64,000 bases of DNA, taken from positions 2,099 to 66,098 of the forward strand of contig CAMFER010000001.1 of NCBI GenBank assembly GCA_945949485.1. The letters are read 5' to 3'. A program made the translations under genes and the position numbers. The notes beneath the pieces are model-generated. The model made no database searches. It saw only the letters and a list, made by a program, of their open reading frames with translations, and was not told where the DNA came from. Source of the DNA: an uncultured Clostridium sp. (lineage in GTDB: Bacteria > Bacillota > Clostridia > TANB77 > CAG-508). Positions 29,031-39,486 of this stretch are shown here, piece after piece (position 1 is the stretch's first letter; every line of letters starts with the position of its first letter).

Positions 29031-29667
29031 CTAATTCTTTATTTCTACTTCTCTATATAATATGTAAATTGAATTATTTTTGTTAACATATTTAATATCC
29101 ATCTTTTTAGGCAAATTTGTTCTTTTATCTAAATACAACTTTTTTACTATTTTATTTCTATTTTCTCCTATTTCTGTTTCTAAAATAATTTCTTCGTTAT
29201 TTTCAGTTATTTTCGACTTACTAGACTCTTTATATTCTTTAACAAAAGTATTTAAATCCATATTATTGTCTGATATATATTGATAGTTTTCAAATACTTT
29301 GTTTACATCTAATTTAGAATTTTCTAATGTAAGTTTTCCGATCTTTTTTTATTATTCTTACTCCTGCTATATTTTCTGGTTCTATTACTTCTTGTGTATT
29401 TTCATTTTCTCCAAAATATTCTTGTTTTATCACATACTTATTCTCATTTTTATTGCTTTTAACTTCTACTTCTATTGTCGCTTTGTATGAACTAATATTT
29501 AAAATATCATCAATCTCTACTTGACTAATAATATTATTTCCAATTTTAATTTTTTTAGCCATAAGTATTAGAAAAATAATAAAAAATATAATTATTATAA
29601 AAAATATTATTGTTTTTTTTCGTTTCAAAACTTCCTCCAAATAAAAAATATAGTGTATTATTAACAC
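29031..29667 (-). CDS. Membrane-anchored LolA-fold/GerS-like protein, in two frame pieces
   Basis: ORFs 29314..29667 and 29031..29261 join as ...AGVRIIKKD|GKLTLENSKLDVNKVFENYQYISDNNMDLNTF... when the C of sense CGG at 29338-29340 is skipped. The family call is tentative. Confidence 0.5.
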
Positions 29668-29679
29668 TATATCTTTATT

Positions 29680-30652
29680 CTATAAGGTTTTAAAATATTC
29701 TTGTATTTTATCTGTCAATTCTTTTTTATCTTCTATCACATTTATTGAGTTTCTAAATTCACTTGAATTTTTTAAATTTTTTGTATACCAGGCAATATGT
29801 TTTCTTAATTCTTTTACTGCTATTTCACCTTTTTCTTCTACTGCTAAATCTATATGTTTCAAAATTGTATTTAGTTTTTCAGCTATACTAGGTTTTGATA
29901 GTTTTTCTCCTGTAGAAAGATAATGTTTTATTTCTCTAAATATCCATGGATTTCCAAAAGCACCTCTTCCTATCATAATTCCATCTACACCAGTTTTTTC
30001 AAACATTTCTTTTGCAGATTCTTCATCTACAACATCTCCATTTCCTATAACTGGTATTGAAACTGATTCTTTTACTTTCTTTATAATATCCCAATCTGCT
30101 TTTCCAGAATAAAATTCGCTTCTTGTTCTACCATGTATTGTTATTGCAGATATCTTTTCCTCTTCTGCAATTTTAGCAATTTCTTCTGCTACGATATTTT
30201 CATTATTCCAACCCTTTCGAATTTTTAAAGTAACAGGAACTTTTGAATTTTTTACAACAGCCCTAATTACTTTTCTTGCTTGTTCCAAATCTAAAAGTAG
30301 TTTGCTTCCATCTCCATTTTTTACAACTTTAGGAGCTGGACATCCCATATTTATATCTACAATATCTGCAAACTCGCTAACATATTTTGCGGCATATGCC
30401 ATTGTTTCTTCATCACTACCAAAAATTTGAACACTTACAGGTCTTTTTTCATTGTCTATATTTAATAATTTCTTTGTTTTTGAATCATCATGAAAAATTG
30501 CTTTTGAGCTTACCATTTCAGTACAAACTAAACCGTGGTCCAAATTCTTTACATATAATTCTAAATGCTTTATCTGTTATTCCTGCCATAGGAGCTAAAA
30601 TTATATTATTATCTAATTCTACATCTCCTATTTTTAATTTATGTAAGTACAT
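29680..30652 (-). CDS. dusB: tRNA-dihydrouridine synthase DusB, in two frame pieces
   Basis: MYLHKLKIGDVELDNNIILAPMAGITDKAFRIICKEFGP|GLVCTEMVSSKAI... joins when the C of sense CGG at 30533-30535 is skipped. Also DINMGCPAPKV and HGRTR. Confidence 0.88.
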
Positions 30653-30661
30653 TTTTTACTC

Positions 30662-31769
30662 CTATTTTACAAAAATTGTTTTTTGTCTTTTACTACTAAT
30701 GTTTAATAATATTCCTACACATATAAAATTAGTAATTAAAGAACTTCCTCCATAACTTATAAATGGTAAAGGTACTCCTGTAATTGGTAATAGTCCCATA
30801 ACCATTCCTATATTTTCTACCATGTGGAATAAAAATATTCCTGTAATTCCTGTTGCTATTAAAGATCCTACAGAATCTTTGGCTGTTTTAGCTACATATA
30901 AGGACTTGACTATCAGAAAAACATACAAAATTATTACTGAAACAGCAACAATAAATCCCATTTCCTCACCAATTACGGCAAATATAAAGTCTGTTGTTTT
31001 AGGATATAAAAATCCTAGTTGAGTTTGATTTCCCTTTAATAGTCCCATTCCAGTAAGTCCACCTGCACCAACAGCTAATTTAGATTGTATAATGTTATAT
31101 CCTGCACCTCTTGGATCTGATTCAGGATTTAAGAATATATCTATTCTTTGTTTAGCATGTTCTGGCAAAATAAAGTTATACGCTATTGGTATAGCAATTA
31201 CTATTAATATCACACATCCAATGATATATCTTTTATCTAGTCCTGCTGTAATAAGCATCATTGCTATAGCCACCATAAATGCTGCTGCTGTACCATAGTC
31301 TGGTTGTTTAATAATTAATAATACAGGCAATCCTAATGCAGCCAACAATATTAATAATCTTGTAGGTCTATTGATTTCATCTTTACCTCTAATCTGGACT
31401 TTAGTAATAATATATGCTAAAAATAAAATCACAAAAACCTTTGCAAATTCACCTGGTTGAAAAGAAAATGAACCTATATCAAACCAGCTGGTAGCACCAT
31501 TTATTGGTTTTGTAAATAATACCGCTATTAACAAAACTATAAATATTCCGATATAATACTGGAGATGCTTTTACTAATAATTCATAATCTATAATCATTA
31601 CAGCTAACATTATGACAATACTTATTGTAAGCCAAATACATTGTTTATAAAATTCATCGTATTCTGCATTTTGAGTTGCAGAAAATAGCGCAATTAATCC
31701 TATAAAACATAAGATAATTGCGACTATTAAAATACTCCATTCAATATTTTTTAATTCTCTTTTTCTCAT
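30662..31769 (-). CDS. rodA: SEDS-family peptidoglycan polymerase RodA, in two frame pieces
   Basis: ...LLVKASPVLY|GIFIVLLIAVLFTKPINGATSWF... joins when the C of sense CGG at 31548-31550 is skipped. The C-terminus TGVPLPFISYGGSS is the SEDS signature. It is adjacent to minDE. Confidence 0.85.
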
Positions 31770-31785
31770 TAAACCACTCTTTTTC

Positions 31786-32343
31786 TTATTTATTTTCTGA
31801 TTTAATTTCTTCTTTAGTCTCTTCAGAAGTTTTTTCTACATCCTCTTTAACTTCTTTATTATCTTCTTCATCTTCTTTTTTAGTTTCTTTTTTCTTTTTT
31901 CCCTCTTTTTTATCTTCTTCATTATTTTCTTCTTTTTCTTTATCAGCTTCTTCAATTTTTTCTTGTTCTTTGCTTTCCTCTTTTTTGTCAGTTTCTGAAG
32001 CCTTAGCTTCTTCCGTAGTAGTTTTAGCATCTACTTTTCTAGCTTCGTTTTTTATATTTAGTATAGGTATATTAGCATATAAAGCTGGTGCTCCATTAGT
32101 TCCATCTGAGTTTTCTTTATTAGTAAGTCTAACATCTATTGCACTTTCATCTACATCTATATATTTTTTTATTACTTCAATTATTTCTTGTTTCATTAGC
32201 TCAAGAAAATCTGCTGAAACATTTGCTCTATCTTGCATTAATACCAAATGTAATCTCTCTTTTGCTGCTTCTTTAGAATTTGAAACAGTATTTTCTTGTT
32301 TTTTAGTTAGCTTTTTTAAAAAATTAGTTATGTTTTCAAACAT
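31786..32343 (-). CDS. minE: MinE topological specificity factor with a ~100-aa K/E-rich C-terminal extension
   Basis: N-terminal SKEAAKERLHLVLMQDRANVS...EIIEVIKKYIDVD is MinE-like and the gene follows minD. The tail is low complexity. Confidence 0.8.
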   Translation of the reverse strand: MFENITNFLKKLTKKQENTVSNSKEAAKERLHLVLMQDRANVSADFLELMKQEIIEVIKKYIDVDESAIDVRLTNKENSDGTNGAPALYANIPILNIKNEARKVDAKTTTEEAKASETDKKEESKEQEKIEEADKEKEENNEEDKKEGKKKKETKKEDEEDNKEVKEDVEKTSEETKEEIKSENK

Positions 32344-32370
32344 TATCTCTACTTACCCCCAAATTGTTTT

Positions 32371-33162
32371 TTATCTTCTAAATAAGTTTTTAAGTTTTGC
32401 AAAAAATCCTTGTTCTCTTCCAGGGATAGTTACTTCTATCTTTTCTCCTAATACTCTTTTTGCAATTTCAATATATGCTTTTCCTGATGGTGCTTTTTTA
32501 TTTTGAATAACTGGTTCTCCTTTATTGGTTTGTGTTATTATATATTCATCATCTGGAACAACACCTATTAAATCTATAGATAATAAATCTACTATATCAT
32601 CAACGTCCATCATTTCACCTTTTTTTACCATATTAGGTCTAATTCTATTTATAACTAGTTCTGGATTTTTTATTTCTGATGATTCTAAAAGTCCTATTAT
32701 TCTGTCAGCATCTCTTATTGCTGATATTTCCGCGGTTGTTACAACTATTGCACGATCTGCACCTGCTATAGCATTTTTAAATCCTTGTTCTATTCCTGCT
32801 GGGCAGTCTATAAGTATATAGTCAAATTCTTCTTTTAATTTTCCTACCAAGTTTCTCATTTGTTCTTCATTTACTGCGCTTTTATCTCTTGTTTGAGCAG
32901 CTGGTAGTAGGTATAATTCTTTAAATCTTTTATCTTTTATAAGGGCTTGTCTTAATTTACATTTTTCTTCTACAACATCAACAATATCATATACTATTCT
33001 ATTTTCTAGTCCCATAACAACATCTAAGTTACGAAGTCCAATATCTGTATCTATTAAAGCTACTTTTTTACCTTCTAATGCTAAACTTGAACCCAAATTT
33101 GCTGTTGTTGTTGTTTTTCCTACTCCACCTTTACCTGATGTTATAACTATTACTTCTCCCAT
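32371..33162 (-). CDS. minD: Septum site-determining ATPase MinD
   Basis: Deviant Walker A SGKGGVGKTT, then DTDIGLRNLD and a C-terminal amphipathic helix. Confidence 0.93.
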   Translation of the reverse strand: MGEVIVITSGKGGVGKTTTTANLGSSLALEGKKVALIDTDIGLRNLDVVMGLENRIVYDIVDVVEEKCKLRQALIKDKRFKELYLLPAAQTRDKSAVNEEQMRNLVGKLKEEFDYILIDCPAGIEQGFKNAIAGADRAIVVTTAEISAIRDADRIIGLLESSEIKNPELVINRIRPNMVKKGEMMDVDDIVDLLSIDLIGVVPDDEYIITQTNKGEPVIQNKKAPSGKAYIEIAKRVLGEKIEVTIPGREQGFFAKLKNLFRR

Positions 33163-33436
33163 AATTCTCCTCCTTAGGATTTTAAAAACACATTTTTAAT
33201 AGCTATATAATATAACGAAAACGTGAAAAAGTCAATGAATTTTACACCAAAATAACAAAAATGTTTCTAAAATATTACAAAATAATTACAAAGTTGTTTC
33301 TTTTAGGGATTTGGTGGTTTTAGAAAATCTGTTTTCTAGAATTAAATAAAAATGAGTTTATCAATAACTAAAATATTAGGTTTTATTTATGAATTCTAAT
33401 TTTATTATTCGTATATTATCTTCTCAAATCTACTAT

Positions 33437-33468
33437 AAAAGCTACTAAATTTGGTATTAGTAGCTTTT
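33437..33468. terminator. Hairpin terminator after the FGE-domain gene
   Basis: AAAAGCTACTAA-N8-TTAGTAGCTTTT. Confidence 0.7.
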
Positions 33469-33544
33469 ATTGTATATATTTAATTAATTATTTTAATATT
33501 TTAATCAAATTCTATCCCCTTTAATAAATTATGATTCTTATATT

Positions 33545-35899
33545 TTATTTTAAATACATTGTTATCCTATAAGTTACTCCTGTTCCCTGTACTGATGGTG
33601 TATATCCATATCTTGAAGATGCTGGATATGATAGACCTGAATTAGCAAAATGTCCCCCTCTTATTATACGGCTTCCTGTAGAATATGCCTCCATTGTCCA
33701 TTCCCATAAGTTCCCTCCTAGGTCATAAATATTTTTCACTCCATTTAATCCTCCTCTAAAATCTTTACCAGTAATACTATTTACGTTTCCATTTTTATAA
33801 TTGTCACTATACCATCCTTTCCCTGTACTATCCCTAACAAACGAATCTAAGTCACAATTTGGCATTCCTTGTTGAGCATTAGTTATATAATTAGGATCAA
33901 TAAAATTTAAAGCTGCATCCCATTGTACACCATAACAAAGAGTTGTCTTTACAGATTCATAATTATTTTCATCATCGAAATTTCTAGCGTTTTCAACTGC
34001 TCCTCCAGTAGTATTCTCTGTTTCTTGCATTGTTCCTGATGCCGACCATTTTATCACTGCATATGGATTCGATTCCTGTTTTATAACCTGTTTTGAATCA
34101 TTATCCTTACCAGTTTCATATCTTCCTATGTAAAATCCTCCATGTTTTTTAACACTTGCATACATTTCCGCAGCTTCTTTTTTAGTAGTATCAGTTTCTG
34201 AAGTATAATCAAATAATCCCCCATAATTTCCATTTCCATATCCTTTTTGTCTAACAAATTTTTTTTCAAATACTTCTTCACTTGAATTATCTACTGGAAT
34301 CCATACAAATTCATTTCCACTAACATCTGATATAACTAATCCATCGGCAATATTCGTGCTAACATCTACTTTAAATCCTTTAGGAATTGTTGCTTTTTGT
34401 CCTCTAGCATCTATATATTCTTCTGTTTTGCTATATATAGGTGACCAATTTGATTCATTATTTATAAAGATTGCTATTCTAAATCCTATTCCATTCCCCT
34501 GTATTGATGGTATATATGTATATCTTGAAGATGCTGGAAATAATATTCCTGGATTATTCTCATGACCACCTCTTACTACACGCTTATATGTTAAATCTGA
34601 CTCCATTGTCCATTCCCAGACGTTTCCTCCTAGGTCATAAATATTTTTTACACTATTTTTTCCTCCATCCAAGTCATCTCCTGCCAAATGGCTACCATTT
34701 GATCCTTCATACCAACCTTTTCCTGTACTATTCCTAACATATGAATCCTCGTCGCATTGAGGATTTCTTTGTTGTGCATTAGTTATATAATTTGGATCAA
34801 TAAAATTTAATGCTGCGTCCCATTGCACTCCATAACATAATGTACTTGTTAGATTTTCATATTTATTTTCTATAGCAAAACTTCTTGAAACCTCAACTGC
34901 ACCTCCTTCTGTTTCTTCTGTTTCATTCATTTCTCCACTTGAGGACCATTTTATAAAATCATATATAGTTGCTCCTTTTTGTACGACTGCATTGTTATTT
35001 TCATCTTTACCTGTTTCAAATCTAGCTATATAAAATCCTCCATATTTTTTAACACTTGCATACATTCTTACGGCTTCTTCTTTTGTCCTTTCTGTTTCTT
35101 CAACTAAAGAATTTATTCCAATATTATTAGCTTCACCAGCATTCGACAAATCTCCTTGTTTTGTATTATTTGAATATCCTACTTGTCTCACAAATATTTT
35201 ATTAAATATTTCATCTGCTGAATTATCTACTGGAATCCATACAAATTGATTTCCATGTTTTTCATTTTCTAAATTATCCCCTGCAACATCAGAAATTACA
35301 ATCCCCTCTTCTTTTGAACCACTAACATAGAAAAAGTTATCTGGTATTTTAACTCCTTCCACATATTTTAAGTGTACACCTTCTGTGTCGATTTCTTCTT
35401 TAGTATAATTTGTATAATAAACTTCTCCATCTATAGAGATACCTTCTACATAGAAAATATTATGACTATCTGCATTAATAATATATATATCAGTTAGCTC
35501 ATTTACTTGTTCTTCTGTTGTTACTTCTCCATTTTTTATTTTTTCATAGTCTTTTCCATAATTAAGAGTTAAATTTTCTAATAAATCTAATTTTATAATA
35601 TAAAACTTTCCTGTATCAACAGCACTACTTATAACTCCTGCACTTTGAATCTGATTATAGTTTGTATACTCATACTCTTTTACAGCAGGAATATCTCCAT
35701 ATTGCATATAATATGTTTCAACTTTATCACTTAAATTTTCTATATCATTTTGCATCTTTTTTAGTTTCTCTATTTTTAAATTTGATCTTAGGTTATATAA
35801 AACAACTCCTGTTATAATCATAATTACTGTAACAGCTATTGCTAGAGAGACCAATGTTATACCTTTTTTATTTTTTACCATTTCTTTCATCATTAGCAT
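33545..35899 (-). CDS. Pilin-like N-terminal anchor fused to two tandem formylglycine-generating-enzyme (SUMF1/FGE-sulfatase) domains
   Basis: N-terminus KKGITLVSLAIAVTVIMIITG resembles a prepilin-type leader/TM. Two ~270-aa repeats each carry FVWIPVDNS..., YGVQWDAALNFIDPNYITNAQQ, NIYDLGGN(V/L)WEWTME and (V/I)(V/I)RGGH. The repeat is also visible at DNA level (about 33890-33960 vs 34790-34860). Confidence 0.7.
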   Translation of the reverse strand: MLMMKEMVKNKKGITLVSLAIAVTVIMIITGVVLYNLRSNLKIEKLKKMQNDIENLSDKVETYYMQYGDIPAVKEYEYTNYNQIQSAGVISSAVDTGKFYIIKLDLLENLTLNYGKDYEKIKNGEVTTEEQVNELTDIYIINADSHNIFYVEGISIDGEVYYTNYTKEEIDTEGVHLKYVEGVKIPDNFFYVSGSKEEGIVISDVAGDNLENEKHGNQFVWIPVDNSADEIFNKIFVRQVGYSNNTKQGDLSNAGEANNIGINSLVEETERTKEEAVRMYASVKKYGGFYIARFETGKDENNNAVVQKGATIYDFIKWSSSGEMNETEETEGGAVEVSRSFAIENKYENLTSTLCYGVQWDAALNFIDPNYITNAQQRNPQCDEDSYVRNSTGKGWYEGSNGSHLAGDDLDGGKNSVKNIYDLGGNVWEWTMESDLTYKRVVRGGHENNPGILFPASSRYTYIPSIQGNGIGFRIAIFINNESNWSPIYSKTEEYIDARGQKATIPKGFKVDVSTNIADGLVISDVSGNEFVWIPVDNSSEEVFEKKFVRQKGYGNGNYGGLFDYTSETDTTKKEAAEMYASVKKHGGFYIGRYETGKDNDSKQVIKQESNPYAVIKWSASGTMQETENTTGGAVENARNFDDENNYESVKTTLCYGVQWDAALNFIDPNYITNAQQGMPNCDLDSFVRDSTGKGWYSDNYKNGNVNSITGKDFRGGLNGVKNIYDLGGNLWEWTMEAYSTGSRIIRGGHFANSGLSYPASSRYGYTPSVQGTGVTYRITMYLK

Positions 35900-35928
35900 T
35901 TCTCCTTTATATCTTTAGTATTAGTTTA

Positions 35929-36597
35929 CTATTTATTTAATTTTATTTCAAGACTTTTATCTAGTAAATTATAAATATTTTCTCTTCTTCTATATCTTAA
36001 ATCTTCTTTTAAATATATTAACCATAAGAATACTATAATTAAAAATATTGCAATATTATTTATATAAATTATTATAATACTAGAAATTGCTGTTAAAATC
36101 ATTACACTTATGAAAGAGATAATGTTTATATATTTTTCTGCTTTTCTTCTTCCTATCATTATGTCAAAAATTGATTTTACAATTCTTCCACCATCCAGTG
36201 GATATATTGGTAACAAATTAAAAACAGCTAATAATATATTTGAATAAATTATCAATTCTTTTAGGTAAAGATTGATCTTAAAATAATATGTACATATTGC
36301 AATAATAAAATTAATAGCAGGTCCAGAAATGGCTACTATTATCTTTTTTATATCTAATAGATTTCCTTTTTGTATTTTCCTATTATAATCTTTTGTTTCT
36401 AAATCAAATGATATTCTTACCCCAAATGGTATAATTTCTAATTTATCTGGTTTCATCTTTAACATTATCCCCGCAATAAGATGTGCTATTTCATGTATTA
36501 TAGCAAATATCATCATTAGTGCATATATTTCTATTTGTTTTGTAAAATAAAATAATATAAAAAAGAGAATAATTTTTAAATCAATTCTAAATTTCAT
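35929..36597 (-). CDS. spoIVFB: M50 site-2 protease, SpoIVFB-like
   Basis: HEIAHLIAG (HExxH) in a TM helix, NLLPIYPLDGGRI (LDG motif). Paired with an upstream M23/LytM gene, as in the spoIVF operon. Confidence 0.7.
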   Translation of the reverse strand: MKFRIDLKIILFFILFYFTKQIEIYALMMIFAIIHEIAHLIAGIMLKMKPDKLEIIPFGVRISFDLETKDYNRKIQKGNLLDIKKIIVAISGPAINFIIAICTYYFKINLYLKELIIYSNILLAVFNLLPIYPLDGGRIVKSIFDIMIGRRKAEKYINIISFISVMILTAISSIIIIYINNIAIFLIIVFLWLIYLKEDLRYRRRENIYNLLDKSLEIKLNK

Positions 36598-36605
36598 TCC
36601 ATCAC

Positions 36606-37454
36606 CTATAATTCTAAAATTAATTGTGGATCCACTGTCCTTTCTTGATATCTTATCTCAAAATGTAAATGCGGTCCTGTAGAATTTCCCGTTGATCCAA
36701 CTTCTGCGATTTCTTGTCCCTGTTTTACGATATCTCCTTGCTTAACATATAAAGCATTACAATGTGCATATATTATACTCACTTCACCTATTTGTATCTT
36801 TAAATGCTTCCCATAATCTCCTTCTTCTGATGAAAGAACGACCTCTCCATCAGTTGCTGATTTTATTTTTACTCCAGTAGTTGATGCTATATCAGTTCCT
36901 GTATGATTTTTAGGTACTGTACCAGTTGCAGTTTCTCTTATACCATATTTAGAACTAATCACTCCTTCTATCGGTTTTATGAAAGTCGTTGTATTTTTAA
37001 CATTTATAACATCTTGATCTGTCTGAGATATTTCTTCTTGCTGTTCTTCACTTTCTTCTACTTCTTGTGTAATATTTTCTTCTGCACCGCCAATACCGTT
37101 TTGATTTTCAGTATTTGTCTCTTTCACATTCTCTTCTTTTTTTATTAATCCATTTAAGCTGTTAGATATATTATTATATATTTTCCCAAAATCCATGTCA
37201 TAAGAAATTATCTCCTTTGTCTTATTTATAAAATCTTCTGAAAATGCATACTTATTTTGCTGAACAATATATATAACAAAATAAATGGTTACACATATTA
37301 ATAATTGTATAATCATTTTTTTTAATAGCTTTATGTCTTTCTTTTCTCTGTTTACATTTACAGTTGCAATAGTTTTTACTTCACCTTTTCTTCTTTTTGC
37401 ATATATTTCTTCAGCTCGTCTAATTCTTTCCTCTACTGTCATTGTTCTTTCCAT
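36606..37454 (-). CDS. M23/LytM-domain membrane protein, SpoIVFA-like position
   Basis: Single TM, then HTGTDIA...GSTGNSTGPHLHFEI (M23 metal ligands intact). Confidence 0.7.
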   Translation of the reverse strand: MERTMTVEERIRRAEEIYAKRRKGEVKTIATVNVNREKKDIKLLKKMIIQLLICVTIYFVIYIVQQNKYAFSEDFINKTKEIISYDMDFGKIYNNISNSLNGLIKKEENVKETNTENQNGIGGAEENITQEVEESEEQQEEISQTDQDVINVKNTTTFIKPIEGVISSKYGIRETATGTVPKNHTGTDIASTTGVKIKSATDGEVVLSSEEGDYGKHLKIQIGEVSIIYAHCNALYVKQGDIVKQGQEIAEVGSTGNSTGPHLHFEIRYQERTVDPQLILEL

Positions 37455-37514
37455 AAAAAAACACCTCTTCCTTAGTTTCTTTTAAACTATATGTTTGGAA
37501 AAAGTGTTTTATTC

Positions 37515-37856
37515 TTATTTAATTAATAAAATAATTGTTTCTAAAAATACAATTGCACTAGTTATTATCAAATACCTCTTCAACTTTTTATTTTTCTTAT
37601 CATATTCTTGTTTTACGTTTTTCGTATCTTTTTCTTCTACTTTCGAAAAGCATTGATTTAAAATCATTTCCGCTTCTTTTATTATATATCCATTATTTTT
37701 AACTTTTGAATTTTCTTCTTTTATAGCTTTATTTATATCTATCTTTTGTAATTTTTTCACTTTTTTATTATCTTTTAAAATGACTATTGCTTCATCTATT
37801 ATATTAGATGGTAAATTTTTTAAGAAAATCATATTTTTTAAATTAGTTTCCTTCAT
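37515..37856 (-). CDS. Hypothetical 113-aa tail-anchored protein
   Basis: ORF with a C-terminal TM segment (YLIITSAIVFLETIILLI). Confidence 0.45.
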   Translation of the reverse strand: MKETNLKNMIFLKNLPSNIIDEAIVILKDNKKVKKLQKIDINKAIKEENSKVKNNGYIIKEAEMILNQCFSKVEEKDTKNVKQEYDKKNKKLKRYLIITSAIVFLETIILLIK

Positions 37857-37966
37857 TTGTACCTCCTTTGAAATATCTTTGTAATATTTTTTCCTTTTTT
37901 TTCAAAGTTATACAAATATATGTAATTAAGTTATAAATAAATTATTAAAAGAGATTAAAAATTATT

Positions 37967-38681
37967 TTAATCTCCTACTCCAAAATCTGTATTTTCAACT
38001 AATATATCTACTCTTATATCATCTTTATATTTTCCATATAACTTATTCATGAATTCTATCTTTAGATTTTCATCTGCTTCCATGATGTCTTCCATTTCTT
38101 TGTACAAATTTACACAAACTCTATCAAAGTTATTAATTCCTGTCTCTATATCACTTTCTATTGTATTTATATTTTGGCCTTTAACTCCTACTAATAAATT
38201 AACTTCATCAAAAGTTTCTTTTAACTCTTCAATTGTTGGAAAACCAAAGCCTTTATTTAAAATGTTTTCTCTGAATTCTGCATCAAATGTTTCTACTCCA
38301 CCTTTTACTTTTAAATCTATACCTAAATCTTTACATACTTTTCTAAAGTCTTTTATTTTATTTTTATACATATAATGGCTTTCTATTATTAATCTTTTTA
38401 TATTCTTATTTATACATACATCTAAAAGCTTCTTTTTGCTTTTTTCGTTTAATTCAAAGATACTACCGAGAATTTATTGCTTCTAATACACCAAATTCTC
38501 CAGTTACTTTAGAAAGAACCTCACTGTTTATCTTATATTGTTCTTCTTCATTTTTTGTTCTGTCTAAATAGTAGTTACAAAATTTACACTTTTGCCATTT
38601 GCAACCATTACCAATTAATAAAACTATTTCTCTCTTATCTTTTTTTGTTATTTTTGAATATCTTTCCATGTCAACCTCCAA
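37967..38681 (-). CDS. Small radical-SAM-like protein, in two frame pieces
   Basis: Cys cluster GCKWQKCKFCNYY. ...GVLEAINS|GSIFELNEKSKKKLLDVCINKNIKRLIIESHYMYKNKIKDF... joins when the C of sense CGG at 38466-38468 is skipped. Confidence 0.6.
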
Positions 38682-38910
38682 GAATATATTTTACCATAAA
38701 ACTTATTTTTTTACAAATTAAATTTTATTTACTTTTTTCTCATATTATGTTAGTATAATTTTAAATTATATATTAACACATTATTTATTGTTGTCTTATA
38801 AAGAAAAAGTGCTTTGGGATACACTTCAAAAAACATTCCTAATCGACTATGTATGTTATATATATTTTATTGGACAAGATTTAATGTGTTAATATATAAA
38901 AAAAATTCCA

Positions 38911-38939
38911 TTGACAAAAATGGAAAATCTGTGTATAAT
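38911..38939 (+). promoter_or_regulatory. Near-consensus sigma-A promoter TTGACA-N17-TATAAT driving a short non-coding transcript
   Basis: TTGACA at 38911-38916 and TATAAT at 38934-38939. Confidence 0.65.
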
Positions 38940-38945
38940 AAAAAT

Positions 38946-39035
38946 GGGAAATGGAGAAACCACAAACGTGGCTTGACACCATTGGATTGTAAAAAAACAC
39001 ATCGCAATCGGTCAAAATTACAGATGTGTTTTTTA
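38946..39035 (+). ncRNA. Candidate ~90-nt antisense sRNA (type I antitoxin candidate)
   Basis: It runs from the consensus promoter to the bidirectional terminator (ACACATC 38997-39003 / GATGTGT 39023-29, flanked by A7 and T6). No RBS-led ORF. Its 3' end is convergent with the small hydrophobic peptide gene. Confidence 0.45.
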
Positions 39036-39040
39036 TTTGT

Positions 39041-39151
39041 CTATTTGCTTAAAATTATAACGAATATAATTAAGGCAAATACTATAATAGTTTCGACAAC
39101 TAAAGCAAATAAAAGTAAGTATATTATTTCTAATAAAACTGCTTCTATCAT
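39041..39151 (-). CDS. 36-aa hydrophobic peptide (type I toxin candidate)
   Basis: ATG at 39149-39151 follows the strong RBS GGAGGTGGTG. Translation is MIEAVLLEIIYLLLFALVVETIIVFALIIFVIILSK. It shares the bidirectional terminator with the convergent sRNA candidate. Confidence 0.5.
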   Translation of the reverse strand: MIEAVLLEIIYLLLFALVVETIIVFALIIFVIILSK

Positions 39152-39486
39152 AGCACCACCTCCATTTCTAAAGGACAAGCCTTTGTATGTAAAGGTGGCA
39201 AACCACATCTGCTTATTCTCATTTCCTTGCTAAATACTATACAACAAATTTCTATAAAAACAAGCGAACAGAGTAAAATTTTACAACTTTTTCAATTATC
39301 ATTGTATCATATAAAATGTAATATTCATTAAGCAATTTTCTATTATGTCCATTTTTATTGAAAATACTTTAAATTTCAATTTTTCTACGCAAACTAACAA
39401 ATTATACATTTTTAAATTTCATTTTCTTAAATTGAAAAATAAGAATAAATGAACTTTACCATCTATTCCTATTTTTTGCTTAGATA

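Noticed and set aside
31718-32506. A 262-aa plus-strand ORF rich in S/F/L, antisense to minE and minD.
   Set aside because: It is the mirror image of K/E-rich coding sequence on the minus strand. It has low complexity, no RBS, and fully overlaps two well-supported genes. The same applies to most other plus-strand ORFs nested in minus-strand genes, such as 812..1036, 13484..13750, 26274..26558 and 55293..56884.
33163-33436. A decayed minC in the long minD upstream region.
   Set aside because: No frame on the minus strand gives more than a few sense codons, and nothing resembles MinC. The region reads as AT-rich promoter or leader DNA.
38814-39233. A 139-aa plus-strand ORF from the track.
   Set aside because: It runs straight through a consensus promoter and a strong bidirectional terminator, and it is antisense to an RBS-led small peptide gene. 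It has no RBS and begins with a non-ATG start.
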